64,000 bases of DNA from Alphaproteobacteria bacterium (GTDB taxonomy: Bacteria; Pseudomonadota; Alphaproteobacteria; UBA828). Below the pieces are notes generated by a model, which was not told the origin of the DNA, searched no databases, and worked only from the letters and a program-made list of their open reading frames with translations. The stretch spans positions 8,518 to 72,517 of the forward strand of contig SHWC01000004.1 in the NCBI GenBank assembly GCA_009691045.1, in the 5' to 3' direction. This document shows, piece by piece, positions 28,617 to 39,529 of this stretch; positions within the stretch are counted from its first letter, which is position 1; every line of letters begins with the position of its first letter. Both the position numbers and the translations under genes were made by a program.

Positions 28617-29690
28617 ATGAAAGCGCTTCGCTTCCACGCCAAGCAAGACCTGAGGATCGAGAATTTGAAGGAACCCGGCGAGCCTGGCCCGGGGCAAGTG
28701 CGTATCCGCAATCGGTATTGCGGGATTTGCGGTACCGACGTGCATGAATACACCGACGGGCCGGTCTTTGTGTGCACCGCGCCTCACCCGTTCACCAAGG
28801 CTCATGGCCCGCAGATTCTCGGCCATGAGTTTGCCGGCACGGTCGATGCCATCGGCGACGGGGTGACCAGCGTCGCAGTCGGCAACCGGGTCTCCGTACA
28901 ACCACTCCTCATGCCGCGGACCGGCGAGTACTACGCCGATCGCGGGCTGCATCATCTGAGCGGCCAGATCGCGTTGGTCGGCTTGTCTTGGGCGTGGGGT
29001 GGGCTGGCCGAGAAGTCGATCGTGAATGAATATAACGTGGCTAAGGTGCCCGATAATGTGAGCGACGAGGAAGCGGCAATGGTCGAGCCGGCCGCGGTCG
29101 CCCTTTACTCAGTCGATCGGGGCGGCGTTAAGGCTGGAGACAGCGTGCTCGTGACCGGCGCGGGGCCGATTGGGCTGCTCGCGCTTTTGGCCGCGCGCGC
29201 GTCGGGGGCAGCGACCCTGTTCGTCTCCGACATCAACGACGCGCGCCTGAAGGGAGTCGCGGCCGCCGTACCGGGCGTCATCACCATCAATCCGAAGCGC
29301 GAAAATGTCGGCGACGTGGTGCGCGACCATAGCGAGGGCAAAGTAGGCTGCGATGTGGCGCTTGAGTGCGTTGGCAACGAGGCTGCGCTGAAGGCGTGCG
29401 TTGACGCCGTCCGCAAGCGCGGCGTGGTGGTGCAGACCGGCCTTCATGCTGGCGATAGCGCTATCAATTGGTTCGGCGTTAGTTTTAAGGAAGTCGAGTT
29501 GCGGGGTAGCTTCGCCTATCCGACCTGGTATTGGCCGAAGGTCATGAGCCTAATCGCCAGCGGTGCGTTGCCGGTCAGGAAGGCGCTCACCAACAAGATC
29601 TCACTCGACACCGCGCTGAAAGATGGGTTCCAAGCGCTGCTCGATCCGGCCGGCACCCAGATTAAGATTTTGATCGACCTCGAACGGTGA
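28617..29690 (+). CDS. Zinc-dependent alcohol dehydrogenase, 2,3-butanediol/sorbitol dehydrogenase-like
   Basis: It has CGICGTDVHEY, GHEFAG and GAGPIGLL motifs. The ATG at 28617 is preceded by AAGGGGG. Confidence 0.88.
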   Translation: MKALRFHAKQDLRIENLKEPGEPGPGQVRIRNRYCGICGTDVHEYTDGPVFVCTAPHPFTKAHGPQILGHEFAGTVDAIGDGVTSVAVGNRVSVQPLLMPRTGEYYADRGLHHLSGQIALVGLSWAWGGLAEKSIVNEYNVAKVPDNVSDEEAAMVEPAAVALYSVDRGGVKAGDSVLVTGAGPIGLLALLAARASGAATLFVSDINDARLKGVAAAVPGVITINPKRENVGDVVRDHSEGKVGCDVALECVGNEAALKACVDAVRKRGVVVQTGLHAGDSAINWFGVSFKEVELRGSFAYPTWYWPKVMSLIASGALPVRKALTNKISLDTALKDGFQALLDPAGTQIKILIDLER

Positions 29691-29750
29691 CGGCGCGACC
29701 TACGCGCCCTTAACTGGACGGCGGTGCTAAATCCGCGTTCATCGAGAGCC

Positions 29751-30905
29751 TCAGTCCGCCGCGATCTGACGCGCGATCACGATGCGCTGCACGTCGCTGG
29801 TGCCTTCATAAATCTGGCATACCCGCATATCGCGATAAAAACGCTCGACCGGAAAATCATTGAGATAGCCATAGCCACCAAAAGTTTGCACCGCGGCGGA
29901 ACACACCCGCTCGGCCATCTCTGAGGCGAACAGCTTAGCCATCGAGGCCTCTTTCAAACACGGCAGACCGGCATCGCGCAACCGCGCGGCATAGTGCAGA
30001 AGCTGGCGCGCCGCCTCGATCTCGGTCGCCATGTCGGCCAAGCGAAACGCAACCGCTTGATGCTCGATGATCGGCTTGCCGAAAGTCTTGCGCTCTTTCG
30101 CATAGGCGAGCGCCGCCTCATAGGCCGCGCGGGCGACACCTAAGGACTGCGCCGCAATTCCGATGCGCCCGCCTTCGAGATTGGAGAGCGCGATCTTGTA
30201 GCCCTCGCCCGGCTGGCCGATCAATAAATCCGGCGTGAGCGTCAAATCTTCGAACACGATCTGGCAGGTGTCGGAAGCGCGCTGTCCGAGCTTGTCCTCT
30301 TTGCGGGCGACCTTGTAGCCCGGCGCATCGGTCGGCACGATGAACGCGCTAATCCCCTTTTTACCCGCTGTCGGGTCAGTGACCGCGAAAACGATGGCGA
30401 CCTCCGCCTCGCTGCCCGAGGAGATGAATTGCTTGGTGCCGTTCAGCACATAGTGGTTACCTTCAAGCACGGCACGGGCCCGCAAATCAGAGGCATCAGA
30501 GCCGGCCTGTGGTTCGGTCAGGCAAAAGCAGCCGAGTTTGTCGCCGCGCGCGAGCGGCTTCAAATAGGTCTCTTTCTGCGCCGGCGTGCCGTATTTGTGC
30601 AAGATGGCGCAGACCAGCGAATTGTTGACGCTCATGATGGTCGAGGTCGACACATCGCCCCACGCCACCTCCTCGACCGCCAAAGCATAAGTCACGTGAT
30701 CGACGCCCGCACCACCTTCGGCCTCGGGGATCATCATGCCCATCAGGCCGAGCGCGCCGAGCCGCTTCACCGCCTCGGCCGGAAAGCGTGCCGTACGATC
30801 CCATTCAGCGGCATAGGGCGCGAGCTCGTTGCGGGCGAAGTCGCGCGCCATATCGCGCACCATCAATTGTTCTTGGCTCAGGCTCGGATTCTCCACCGTG
30901 CTCAT
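29751..30905 (-). CDS. Acyl-CoA dehydrogenase (short/branched-chain type)
   Basis: 384 aa. It has [17 protein letters not shown] and the C-terminal [15 protein letters not shown]. Confidence 0.88.
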   Translation of the reverse strand: MSTVENPSLSQEQLMVRDMARDFARNELAPYAAEWDRTARFPAEAVKRLGALGLMGMMIPEAEGGAGVDHVTYALAVEEVAWGDVSTSTIMSVNNSLVCAILHKYGTPAQKETYLKPLARGDKLGCFCLTEPQAGSDASDLRARAVLEGNHYVLNGTKQFISSGSEAEVAIVFAVTDPTAGKKGISAFIVPTDAPGYKVARKEDKLGQRASDTCQIVFEDLTLTPDLLIGQPGEGYKIALSNLEGGRIGIAAQSLGVARAAYEAALAYAKERKTFGKPIIEHQAVAFRLADMATEIEAARQLLHYAARLRDAGLPCLKEASMAKLFASEMAERVCSAAVQTFGGYGYLNDFPVERFYRDMRVCQIYEGTSDVQRIVIARQIAAD

Positions 30906-30918
30906 CGCGCCCTCTGTG

Positions 30919-31527
30919 TTAGCTCAAAATCTCGTAATGGGCGTCGCGCGGCACCATGTCGCGCCCATTGATCGGCACCATATCCTGCGGGCAGGCGGAA
31001 AACACGAGGATCACGTCTTGCTCGGCCTGGAGCGTTACGCAATCGCCGGGTTTCGCGAGCGTTGGCTCAAAGCGGACCGCGCCATCGGCGGCAATAGGAA
31101 TGTTCATGAACAAATTGAGCGGTGCCGGCGTTGCGGGCGGCACCATCCCAAATTGCCCAAGCGCCAGGCGCAGATTATCGGTGCAATTGGCATGCGGGCC
31201 CTTGGCGCCGAGCTGCTCATAGCGATAGCGATCGCACGCCGCGATCAAGGTATCGTGCACACCGGGTGAAGTGTCCTCGATGAGGCTCAGTATGGCGCGC
31301 CGATGATTGCTCAGCAGCCTGTCGCCCCGCCGGGGGTTGACGCGCCCCATGCCAACGCGACTGTGCGCCATCGACATGAATTCGGCCGGGTCGTTTGCCA
31401 TGAAGGCCCAGCAATCGACGACTTGCGTGCCATGGGTGTTGATCAGCCGAACGCACTGCCCTTTCGCAAGGCGGAGCGCCCGCCCCTCGCGCGCTGGAAG
31501 AATTTGCCGCGCAGGCTCACCCACCAT
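30919..31527 (-). CDS. DUF1989 domain protein (urea carboxylase-associated family)
   Basis: 202 aa. The pattern [25 protein letters not shown]...NCTDNL...PLNLFMN matches DUF1989 as I remember it. Confidence 0.6.
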   Translation of the reverse strand: MVGEPARQILPAREGRALRLAKGQCVRLINTHGTQVVDCWAFMANDPAEFMSMAHSRVGMGRVNPRRGDRLLSNHRRAILSLIEDTSPGVHDTLIAACDRYRYEQLGAKGPHANCTDNLRLALGQFGMVPPATPAPLNLFMNIPIAADGAVRFEPTLAKPGDCVTLQAEQDVILVFSACPQDMVPINGRDMVPRDAHYEILS

Positions 31528-31552
31528 GGAACCAACCGGACCGCGCGTTCCG

Positions 31553-32743
31553 CTAATTCAAACGCTCGATAGCGACCGCCGTTGCCTCGCCGCCGCCAAT
31601 GCAGAGCGTGCCGATGCCGCGCTTCAAATCGTATTTCTTGAGCGCGGCCAGGAGCGTCACCAGAATTCTGGCGCCCGAGGCGCCGATCGGGTGGCCGAGC
31701 GCGCAGGCCCCGCCATGAACATTGACCTTCTCGTGCGGCAATTGGCAGTCCCGCATCGCCGCCATGGTGACCACGGCAAACGCCTCATTGACTTCGAAGA
31801 GATCGATCTTATCGGCGCTGGTATCGAGTTTCTTCAGGAGCTTTTGAATCGCGCCAACCGGCGCGGTCGTGAACCAAGCCGGCTCATGGGCATGGCTCGC
31901 ATGGCCGAGAATGGCCGCCAAGGGCGTCAAGCCGCGCCGCTCGGCCTCAGAACGGCGCATCAGCACAAGGGCCGCCGCGCCATCCGAGATCGAGCTTGAA
32001 TTCGCCGCGGTTACCGTGCCGTCCTTGGCGAAGGCCGGTCTCAATTGCGGAATCTTATCGAGATTGGCTTTCAAGGGTTGTTCATCTTGTTTGACGATGA
32101 CCTCACCCTTCCGACCTTTGACCGTAACCGGCGCGATTTCGCTCTCGAAACTGCCGTCCTTAATCGCGGTTTGCGCGCGCTTGAGCGACGTGATCGCGTA
32201 CTGATCCTGCTGCTCACGCGTGAATTGATATTTCTGCGCCGTGTTCTCGGCGAAGACGCCCATAAGCTTGCCGGTGTCATAGGCATCTTCCAGGCCATCC
32301 AAAAACATGTGGTCGAGCACGCGGCCATGACCCATGCGATAGCCGCCCCGCGCGCGGTCGAGCAAATAAGGCGCGTTGGTCATGCTCTCCATACCACCGG
32401 CGACCATGACCCGGTTATTGCCCGAGGCGATCATGTCGGCGGCAAACATCACCGCCTTCATGCCTGAGCCGCACATCTTGTTGATCGTGGTCGCGCCGAC
32501 ATCCTTGGGAATACCGGCCCCGATCGAGGCCTGGCGCGCCGGGGCCTGGCCTTGGCCCGCCGGCAGCACACACCCCATGATCACCTCGTCAATATCCTCG
32601 CCCTTGACCTTGGCGCGCTCGAGCGCGGCCCTGATCGCGACCGTGCCAAGCTCGGCCGCCTTGGCCTCCCCCAGGTCGCCCTGAAAACCGCCCATGGGCG
32701 TGCGCGCGGCACCGACGATAACGATGGGATCTGACGTGCTCAT
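31553..32743 (-). CDS. Acetyl-CoA C-acetyltransferase (thiolase II)
   Basis: 396 aa. It has NKMCGSGMKA (catalytic Cys), NVHGGACALGHPIGASGARI and CIGGGEA. Confidence 0.93.
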   Translation of the reverse strand: MSTSDPIVIVGAARTPMGGFQGDLGEAKAAELGTVAIRAALERAKVKGEDIDEVIMGCVLPAGQGQAPARQASIGAGIPKDVGATTINKMCGSGMKAVMFAADMIASGNNRVMVAGGMESMTNAPYLLDRARGGYRMGHGRVLDHMFLDGLEDAYDTGKLMGVFAENTAQKYQFTREQQDQYAITSLKRAQTAIKDGSFESEIAPVTVKGRKGEVIVKQDEQPLKANLDKIPQLRPAFAKDGTVTAANSSSISDGAAALVLMRRSEAERRGLTPLAAILGHASHAHEPAWFTTAPVGAIQKLLKKLDTSADKIDLFEVNEAFAVVTMAAMRDCQLPHEKVNVHGGACALGHPIGASGARILVTLLAALKKYDLKRGIGTLCIGGGEATAVAIERLN

Positions 32744-32774
32744 GATTTTGCTCCTAACGAAACGGTGAGAGTGC

Positions 32775-33707
32775 TTATTCGATATCCGAGCCGGTCACAA
32801 TGCCGATCTTGGTCCTGATCTCGTGAGCCACGTCCAGCTGATCGAACGCCCCAGCCTCGATCGAGGCCAGGCTATGGATCGGCGCCTTGCCCTGACCAGA
32901 AAGCCGCGCCAAACGAGTCTGGCGCAGCGAACGCATCAACATCGTCATTAGATAAATTAGGTTGATGCTTTCCTGGAACGAGACCGCCTTGACCTCGCGA
33001 TAAAGATTTTTGTTACCATCCTTGCGCCGCTTGACGCGGTGATAGGCGACCCAATCGGTGATCCCGCCACGCGCCGCGTCGGCCTCCGGCCCATCCATGA
33101 AGCGCGCGGTTTCGATGTCGTCACGCACGATCCGGAGCCCACGTGACAGCGGCTTCAATTCGCTGGCCCCGATATAACGCTGGCCGACAATCTCAAAAAC
33201 GCGCGCGATATTCTCCAAATTGCGCACCCAATCCGGCCCCCGCTCGCTTGGAATCAAATTGGCATAGACCGCGGTCTCGATGAACGCGCCGCGCGTACGG
33301 ACCGCCTCATTGCTCAGCGCGGCAATATCGCCGGCGATAAAGCGATCCATCGCCCAACGCACCAATTCGCGTGTATAGCCCGCCATATAGACCGGGTGCG
33401 GTGCGGTCTGAAACGCGGCGGTCATAAAGGCGAAGAGGGATTCCGCCAGATCAAGCTCGGCCAAATGAATCTCGGCCTTCAACAGATCGGCCAGATCCTC
33501 ACCCCGGGCAAGACCGGCCGGGTCCTCAGCCAATAGCGCACGGACCCCCTCGGGGTGCTGCAACGCGTGATAGAGCGTGAACCCCTTTTTGTAAAAATAG
33601 GAGTCATCGAGCCGACGATAAAACTCCGTCTCGATCTCGCGCGTGTCCGGCTCGGGCGAGGCGGACGAAACAAGCTGTTCCATGATCGGCGGCGTGCGAC
33701 GCGGCAT
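32775..33707 (-). CDS. Hypothetical protein of unknown family
   Basis: The 319-aa ORF is trimmed to the ATG at 33707 (MPRRTPPIMEQL...), 10 nt after the ivd stop. It is predicted soluble and helix-rich, and I recognise no motif. It has locally A/T-ending codons (CTA, ATT, TAT, AAA). Confidence 0.6.
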   Translation of the reverse strand: MPRRTPPIMEQLVSSASPEPDTREIETEFYRRLDDSYFYKKGFTLYHALQHPEGVRALLAEDPAGLARGEDLADLLKAEIHLAELDLAESLFAFMTAAFQTAPHPVYMAGYTRELVRWAMDRFIAGDIAALSNEAVRTRGAFIETAVYANLIPSERGPDWVRNLENIARVFEIVGQRYIGASELKPLSRGLRIVRDDIETARFMDGPEADAARGGITDWVAYHRVKRRKDGNKNLYREVKAVSFQESINLIYLMTMLMRSLRQTRLARLSGQGKAPIHSLASIEAGAFDQLDVAHEIRTKIGIVTGSDIE

Positions 33708-33717
33708 GAGAAAATCC

Positions 33718-34890
33718 CTAGATGGTTTCTTCAAATAATTCGCGGCCGATTAGTATGCGACGAATTTCGCTGGTGCCGGCGCCGATTTCATAAAGTTTAG
33801 CATCGCGCAACAGGCGGCCCGTCGCGAACTCGTTGATATACCCATTGCCTCCCAGGCATTGGATCGCATCGAGCGCCGCCTCGGTCGCACGCTCGGCCGC
33901 GAACAAAATCGCGCCTGCCGCGTCCTTGCGGCTCGCCTGCCCGCGATCGCAAGCCTTCGCCACGGTATACACATAGGCTCGCGCGGCATTGAGGTTGGTA
34001 TACATGTCGGCGAGCTTGGCTTGAATCAGTTGAAAGCTACCGATCGGCTGACCGAATTGCTTGCGCTCATGGACATAAGGCAAGACCGCATCGAGACAGG
34101 CCCGCATGATGCCAAGTGGTCCCGCCGCCAGCACGGCGCGCTCATAATCGAGCCCACTCATCAAAACGGCGACGCCGCGATTGAGTTCGCCCAATAGATT
34201 CTCGGCCGGAACCTCGCAGTCCGCGAACACGAGCTCGCACGTGTTCGAGCCGCGCATGCCGAGTTTGTCGAGCTTCTGCGCGGTCGAAAAGCCTTTCATG
34301 CCCTTTTCGATCAGGAACGCGCTAATGCCCCGGCTACCCGCCTCGGGGTCGGTCTTGGCATAGACCACGAGAACATCGGCGTCTGGCCCGTTGGTGATCC
34401 ACATCTTGGTGCCGTTGAGCACAAAGCGATCGCCCTTCCGCTCGGCGCGAGTCCGCATCGAAACGACATCCGACCCCGAACCGGCTTCGCTCATCGCGAG
34501 CGCGCCGACATGCACGCCCGACATAAGTTTGGGAAGGTATTTTCTTCGCTGCATGTCATTGCCATTGCGCCGAATCTGATTGACGCAAAGGTTGGAGTGC
34601 GCGCCATAGGAAAGCCCAACCGATGCCGAGGCGCGGCTGATCTCTTCCATCGCCACGCAATGCTCCAAATAGCCGAGCCCGGTGCCGCCCAAATTCTCCT
34701 CGACCGTAATGCCAAGCAGGCCCAGGGCGCCGAGCTTGGGCCAAAGGTCGCGGGGGAATTCATTGGAGCGATCGATTTCTTCGGCGCGTGGCGCGATCTC
34801 CGCATCGGCAAAGGCACCAACCGATTGGCGGATCATGTCGGCGGTTTCGCCGAGGTTAAAATCCAATGCGACGGCGCGATTGCTTGTCAT
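33718..34890 (-). CDS. ivd: Isovaleryl-CoA dehydrogenase
   Basis: 390 aa. It has [14 protein letters not shown]...[26 protein letters not shown] and [13 protein letters not shown], a close match to canonical IVD/LiuA. Confidence 0.92.
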   Translation of the reverse strand: MTSNRAVALDFNLGETADMIRQSVGAFADAEIAPRAEEIDRSNEFPRDLWPKLGALGLLGITVEENLGGTGLGYLEHCVAMEEISRASASVGLSYGAHSNLCVNQIRRNGNDMQRRKYLPKLMSGVHVGALAMSEAGSGSDVVSMRTRAERKGDRFVLNGTKMWITNGPDADVLVVYAKTDPEAGSRGISAFLIEKGMKGFSTAQKLDKLGMRGSNTCELVFADCEVPAENLLGELNRGVAVLMSGLDYERAVLAAGPLGIMRACLDAVLPYVHERKQFGQPIGSFQLIQAKLADMYTNLNAARAYVYTVAKACDRGQASRKDAAGAILFAAERATEAALDAIQCLGGNGYINEFATGRLLRDAKLYEIGAGTSEIRRILIGRELFEETI

Positions 34891-34955
34891 GAGCGATCAA
34901 CCATCTTTCTGCTGCGGCACAACAAAGACCATGAATGCCATCGTCCGAATGCGGG

Positions 34956-36365
34956 TTACACGAGGAACATCGTGGCGAGCCCGAGAAACGCCAGGAAGCC
35001 CACGACATCGGTCACCGTGGTCAGGAACACGCCGGCTGAGGTCGCCGGGTCGATCTTGAGGCGCCATAGTACGAACGGAATGGCCAGGCCAAACAAACCA
35101 GCCGAGATCAGATTGATGACCATCGCGGAACCAATCACGACCCCAAGCGGCAGATCCCAATACCAAAGACCCGCGACAGCCCCCACGATCACCGCGAACA
35201 GCACGCCATTGACAGCGCCGACCACCGTCTCTTTGAGCAAAACACGAACAAAATTGTCGCCCGAGAGGTCGCGCGTTGCCAAAGCACGCACCGCGACCGC
35301 CATGGTTTGGGTTCCGGCATTGCCACCCATCGAGGCAACGATCGGCATCAGCACCGCGAGGCCGACCATTTGCTCGATCGAGGCGTCGAACTGATAGATC
35401 ACCCAGGACGCCAAGATCGCCGTAAACAGATTGACCAAGAGCCAAGTGAAACGGCCACTCGAAGTCCGGATCGCATCGCGATAAATGTCGGTCCCCGACA
35501 CGCCCGATAATTTGAGCACATCTTCCGCAGCCTCGGCGCCAATGACCGCAACGACGTCGTCCGCCGTGATGACGCCGATCAACCGACCGTTTTCCGCGAC
35601 GATAGGCGCCGAGACCAAATTATATTGCTCGAAGACGCGTGCCACTTCCTCTTGATCCGTCGTCGCCGGAATGACCTTGACGTCGGTTTCCATCAAATCG
35701 CGCAGCAAGCCCGTCCGCCGCGCCCGCAAGAGACGCGAAAGCGACACCACGCCCTGCACCCCGCCGCGCTCATCGACCACATAGATTTCGAAGAAGGTGT
35801 CGGGCAGCATGCTCGCTTCCCGCATATGGTCGATTGCCTGGCCCGCCGTCCAATAAGCCGGTAGGCCCACCACCGCCCCCTGCATGAGACGGCCGGCGCT
35901 GTTTTCGGGGTATGACAGGCTTTGCTCAATGTCGGCGCGATCTTCGCTCGTCAGAGCTTGCAAAACCTCTTGCCGCTCGGGCTCGCCGAGCTCTTGCAAC
36001 ACGCTGACCGCGTCATCGCTATCGAGATCGGAGATTGCCGCCGCAATTTCGCCGGGCAAAAGACCGCGCATAACCTGCTCGCGCACACTCTCATCGAGAT
36101 AAGCAAGAACTTCGCCTGTAAACTGCGAGCCAGCCGCATCGATCAGACGAAGCCTCTGGTGCCAGGTCAGCCGCCCGATCAAATCCGCAAGGTCGGAATC
36201 ATGGAGCGGGCGAATTAGCTCGCGCACCCGTGCCTTATTGCCGTCGGCAAGGGCGCTCTCGACCGCTTTAACCAATGAGGTCGTCAGCCCGTAAAGGCTA
36301 TCGGTCCGCGGCTCAACCGCTGGACCGGGCTTTGGCTCCGCGGGCAGTGGTTCTGACTGCGCCAC
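34956..36365 (-). CDS. mgtE: Magnesium transporter MgtE
   Basis: 469 aa. It has an N-terminal MgtE_N domain, tandem CBS domains and a C-terminal 5-TM domain with GNAGTQ and TDVVGF motifs. Confidence 0.92.
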   Translation of the reverse strand: MAQSEPLPAEPKPGPAVEPRTDSLYGLTTSLVKAVESALADGNKARVRELIRPLHDSDLADLIGRLTWHQRLRLIDAAGSQFTGEVLAYLDESVREQVMRGLLPGEIAAAISDLDSDDAVSVLQELGEPERQEVLQALTSEDRADIEQSLSYPENSAGRLMQGAVVGLPAYWTAGQAIDHMREASMLPDTFFEIYVVDERGGVQGVVSLSRLLRARRTGLLRDLMETDVKVIPATTDQEEVARVFEQYNLVSAPIVAENGRLIGVITADDVVAVIGAEAAEDVLKLSGVSGTDIYRDAIRTSSGRFTWLLVNLFTAILASWVIYQFDASIEQMVGLAVLMPIVASMGGNAGTQTMAVAVRALATRDLSGDNFVRVLLKETVVGAVNGVLFAVIVGAVAGLWYWDLPLGVVIGSAMVINLISAGLFGLAIPFVLWRLKIDPATSAGVFLTTVTDVVGFLAFLGLATMFLV

Positions 36366-36374
36366 GTGCGGCCT

Positions 36375-38687
36375 TTAGGCCGTGTGCCTGTGCGTGCTCG
36401 CGCCGGCGGTCGGCATGAGCCGGTGCTGAGCCTCCACGACCGCAATCGCGGTCATGTTCAAGATACTTCGCACCGTGGCCGACGACGTCATGACATGGGC
36501 CGGTTGATTGAGGCCGACCAGGAGCGGCCCGACATTGATGCCATTCGCCAACACTTTGACCATGTTATAGGCGATGTTCGCCGAGGTCAGATCCGGCAGC
36601 ACCATAAGATTCGCCTGACCCGTCAAATTGGAATCCGGGAACAGGTCGTTCCGCACGCTCTCGCTCAGCGCGGTGTCGGCATGCATTTCGCCTTCGGCCT
36701 CAAGATGCGGCGCACGCTCCTTGAGCAACGCGGTCGCCTCGCGCATTTTGACTGATGAGGGAAAATCATTACTGCCGAAATTCGAGCTCGACAGAAACGC
36801 GATCTTCGGCGTGATGCCAAAGCGTTCCATCTGGGCGGCCGCCATGATCGCGATTTGGCACAATTCTTCTTTAGTCGGGTTTTCCGTCACGTGCGTATCG
36901 GTGATGACGTAAACACCCTTTGAAAGGATCAGCATTTGAAGCGCCGCCCCGGCCGTGACCCCCGGCTTCAAACCGATCACATCGAGCACGTGCATCAATT
37001 CCGGTCGATAGAGGCTGATCGGCCCCGCGATCAAGGCATCGGCATCGCCAAGCTTTACCATCATCGCGCCAATGATGGTGCTGCGAGTCCGCAGTCTGAT
37101 TTGCGAGGTCGACGGCGAGGCCCCGTTACGCCCCATCAGCCGCAAATATTCGCGCCAATAGGTTTCATATTTATCGTAGGCCGCCGGCTCGATGACCGTA
37201 ACGTCCCGGCCTGGAACCAGTCGAAGCGATAGCTGCGCGATCTTCTCCGCGATCACGACGGCACGACCGATCAAGATCGGCTTCGCCATGCCTTCATCAA
37301 GAGCCTGCTGCGCCGCGCGCAACACCCGGTCGTCTTCCCCCTCGGCATAGACGACGCGCTTTGGATCTTCGACCGCGCGGTCGAACACACCGCGCATCAT
37401 GTAGCCGGTGCGGAAGACGAATTGGGACAATTCCGCCGCATACGCTTTGAGATCTTTGATCGGCCGTTTGGCCACACCGCTTTCCATCGCGGCCCTGGCG
37501 ACCGCCACCGGAATGGTCGAGATCAGACGGGGGTCGAAAGGCTTCGGGATGATGTAATCCGGCCCGAAGGTGAGCGACTGATCGCCATAGGCGGCCGCCA
37601 CCACATCTGAGGCTTCCGCCATGGTCAGATCGGCGATCGCGCGCACGCACGCGAGCTTCATGGGCGTGTTGATTTCTGTCGCGCCGCAGTCCAGCGCGCC
37701 GCGAAAAATGAATGGAAAGCAGAGCACGTTATTGACCTGGTTCGGGTAATCGGACCGTCCGGTTGCGATGATGGCATCGGGGCGCGCCGCCCGCGCCTCC
37801 TCGGGCATGATCTCTGGGATGGGGTTCGCGAGCGCCAAAATAAGCGGCTTGTCGCTCATTGGCTTGATCATGTCGCCAGTCGCCGCGCCCGGGCCCGACA
37901 CACCGAGAAAAATATCGGCGCCCCGCAGGGCATCGGCCAGCGTGCGAGCATTGCTGTCGATCGCGTAGCGCTTCTTCTCCTCGCCGAGATTGGGGCGGCT
38001 TTTGAGCACAACACCCTCGCGGTCGCAGACCGTAATGTTGCCCTTCGTGATCCCAAGCTCGACCAAAAGATCGAGGCACGCGATCGCCGCCGCACCGGCG
38101 CCCGAACAGACCAATTTTACTTTGTTCAGGTCCTTGCCGATGACCCGCAGGCCATTGAGCAACGCTGCCGCCACGCAGATGGCCGTGCCATGCTGGTCGT
38201 CGTGAAACACTGGGATGTTGAGGCGCGCTCTAAGTTTACGCTCGATCTCGAAGCACTCGGGCGCCTTGATGTCTTCAAGATTGATCGCGCCAAAAGTCGG
38301 CGCCAGGCTGGCGATCGTATCGACCAGCTTGTCGACATCGGTCTCGTCGATTTCGATATCGAACACGTCGATATTCGCGAATTTTTTGAAGAGAACCGCC
38401 TTGCCTTCCATCACGGGCTTGGCCGCGAGCGCGCCGATCGCGCCCAGGCCCAACACCGCAGTGCCGTTCGAGATCACGGCGACCAAATTGGCCTTCGCGG
38501 TATAAATATAGACATCATCCGGGTTCTTGGCGATTTCCTCGCACGCCGCCGCGACACCGGGCGAATAGGCCAGCGACAAATCGTGCTGGTTGGCCATCGG
38601 CTTGGTCGGGTGAATGCCGAGTTTTCCGGGTTTGGGCAACCGGTGATAGGCTAGCGCGCGTTCGCGCAGATCATCCGCCATTATCAT
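36375..38687 (-). CDS. maeB: NADP-dependent malic enzyme (malic enzyme domain plus PTA-like domain)
   Basis: 770 aa. It has [21 protein letters not shown] and FHDDQHGTA in the N-terminal part, and a C-terminal phosphotransacetylase-like domain. Confidence 0.93.
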   Translation of the reverse strand: MIMADDLRERALAYHRLPKPGKLGIHPTKPMANQHDLSLAYSPGVAAACEEIAKNPDDVYIYTAKANLVAVISNGTAVLGLGAIGALAAKPVMEGKAVLFKKFANIDVFDIEIDETDVDKLVDTIASLAPTFGAINLEDIKAPECFEIERKLRARLNIPVFHDDQHGTAICVAAALLNGLRVIGKDLNKVKLVCSGAGAAAIACLDLLVELGITKGNITVCDREGVVLKSRPNLGEEKKRYAIDSNARTLADALRGADIFLGVSGPGAATGDMIKPMSDKPLILALANPIPEIMPEEARAARPDAIIATGRSDYPNQVNNVLCFPFIFRGALDCGATEINTPMKLACVRAIADLTMAEASDVVAAAYGDQSLTFGPDYIIPKPFDPRLISTIPVAVARAAMESGVAKRPIKDLKAYAAELSQFVFRTGYMMRGVFDRAVEDPKRVVYAEGEDDRVLRAAQQALDEGMAKPILIGRAVVIAEKIAQLSLRLVPGRDVTVIEPAAYDKYETYWREYLRLMGRNGASPSTSQIRLRTRSTIIGAMMVKLGDADALIAGPISLYRPELMHVLDVIGLKPGVTAGAALQMLILSKGVYVITDTHVTENPTKEELCQIAIMAAAQMERFGITPKIAFLSSSNFGSNDFPSSVKMREATALLKERAPHLEAEGEMHADTALSESVRNDLFPDSNLTGQANLMVLPDLTSANIAYNMVKVLANGINVGPLLVGLNQPAHVMTSSATVRSILNMTAIAVVEAQHRLMPTAGASTHRHTA

Positions 38688-38799
38688 TCCCTTCGGGCCG
38701 AAGCGTTTGCGCCAGTATAACCGAGGCCCATTAATTTGCTACGTAAGCGCCTGATAATCGCCATCCGACAAATTGTTCAAGGCAACTTCTATCCGCCCC

Positions 38800-39522
38800 A
38801 TGTCGAAAATCGATAAGTCGGTACGAATGACCAAGCCCTCTTTTGGCCCTGACGCACAGGCCCCACGCGCGCCGGTCGAATGGCGGATCAGCGCCGCCGC
38901 CGTGCCCTATCAGGAGGCCGTCTCGGCCATGGAAGCGCGCGTGGCCGCAATCCGCGACGACCGGGCGTCGGAGCAAGTCTGGTTGCTCGAGCATCCCCCG
39001 CTCTACACCGCCGGCACGAGTGCAAAGGATGGAGATTTACTCTTACCGGGCCGCTTCCCGGTCCATCGCACGGGGCGCGGCGGGCAGTACACCTATCATG
39101 GGCCCGGCCAGCGCGTGGCCTATGTCATGCTCGATCTGGCCGCTCGTTCACCGGGCGGCTCACCCGATTTGCGTGGTTTTGTGCGCGGCCTTGAACGCTG
39201 GCTCATCGAAACGCTCGCGACCTTTGGCGTTGTCGGCGAGATGCGTGAAGGGCGCGTGGGCGTATGGGTCGAGCTCGGCGGCGGTCGCGAGGCGAAAATT
39301 GCCGCGATCGGTGTCCGCGTGCGCCGCGGCGTCTCGTTCCACGGCATTTCCCTCAATGTCGATCCCGAGCTAAACCATTATGACGGTATCGTGGCGTGCG
39401 GCATTCGCGAGCATGGCGTCACCTCGCTCGCCGCTCTGGGCATAAGCGCGTCGATGGCCGGGGTGGATCAGGTTCTGCGCCAGCGCTTCGAGACAGTGTT
39501 CGACAGCCCAACAATAGGATGA
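38800..39522 (+). CDS. lipB: Lipoyl(octanoyl) transferase
   Basis: It has [27 protein letters not shown] and KIAAIGVR motifs. The start is uncertain: TTG at 38773, ATG at 38800 or ATG at 38827. Confidence 0.88.
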   Translation: MSKIDKSVRMTKPSFGPDAQAPRAPVEWRISAAAVPYQEAVSAMEARVAAIRDDRASEQVWLLEHPPLYTAGTSAKDGDLLLPGRFPVHRTGRGGQYTYHGPGQRVAYVMLDLAARSPGGSPDLRGFVRGLERWLIETLATFGVVGEMREGRVGVWVELGGGREAKIAAIGVRVRRGVSFHGISLNVDPELNHYDGIVACGIREHGVTSLAALGISASMAGVDQVLRQRFETVFDSPTIG

Positions 39523-39529
39523 ACCTAAT

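Noticed and set aside
28396-28620. 74-aa plus-strand ORF in the spacer upstream of the ADH gene
   Set aside because: It has no SD, overlaps the ADH start, and has the composition of non-coding sequence.
36366-36374. Looked for an M-box or other Mg2+ leader upstream of mgtE
   Set aside because: Only 9 nt separate the maeB stop from the mgtE start, so there is no room for a leader RNA.
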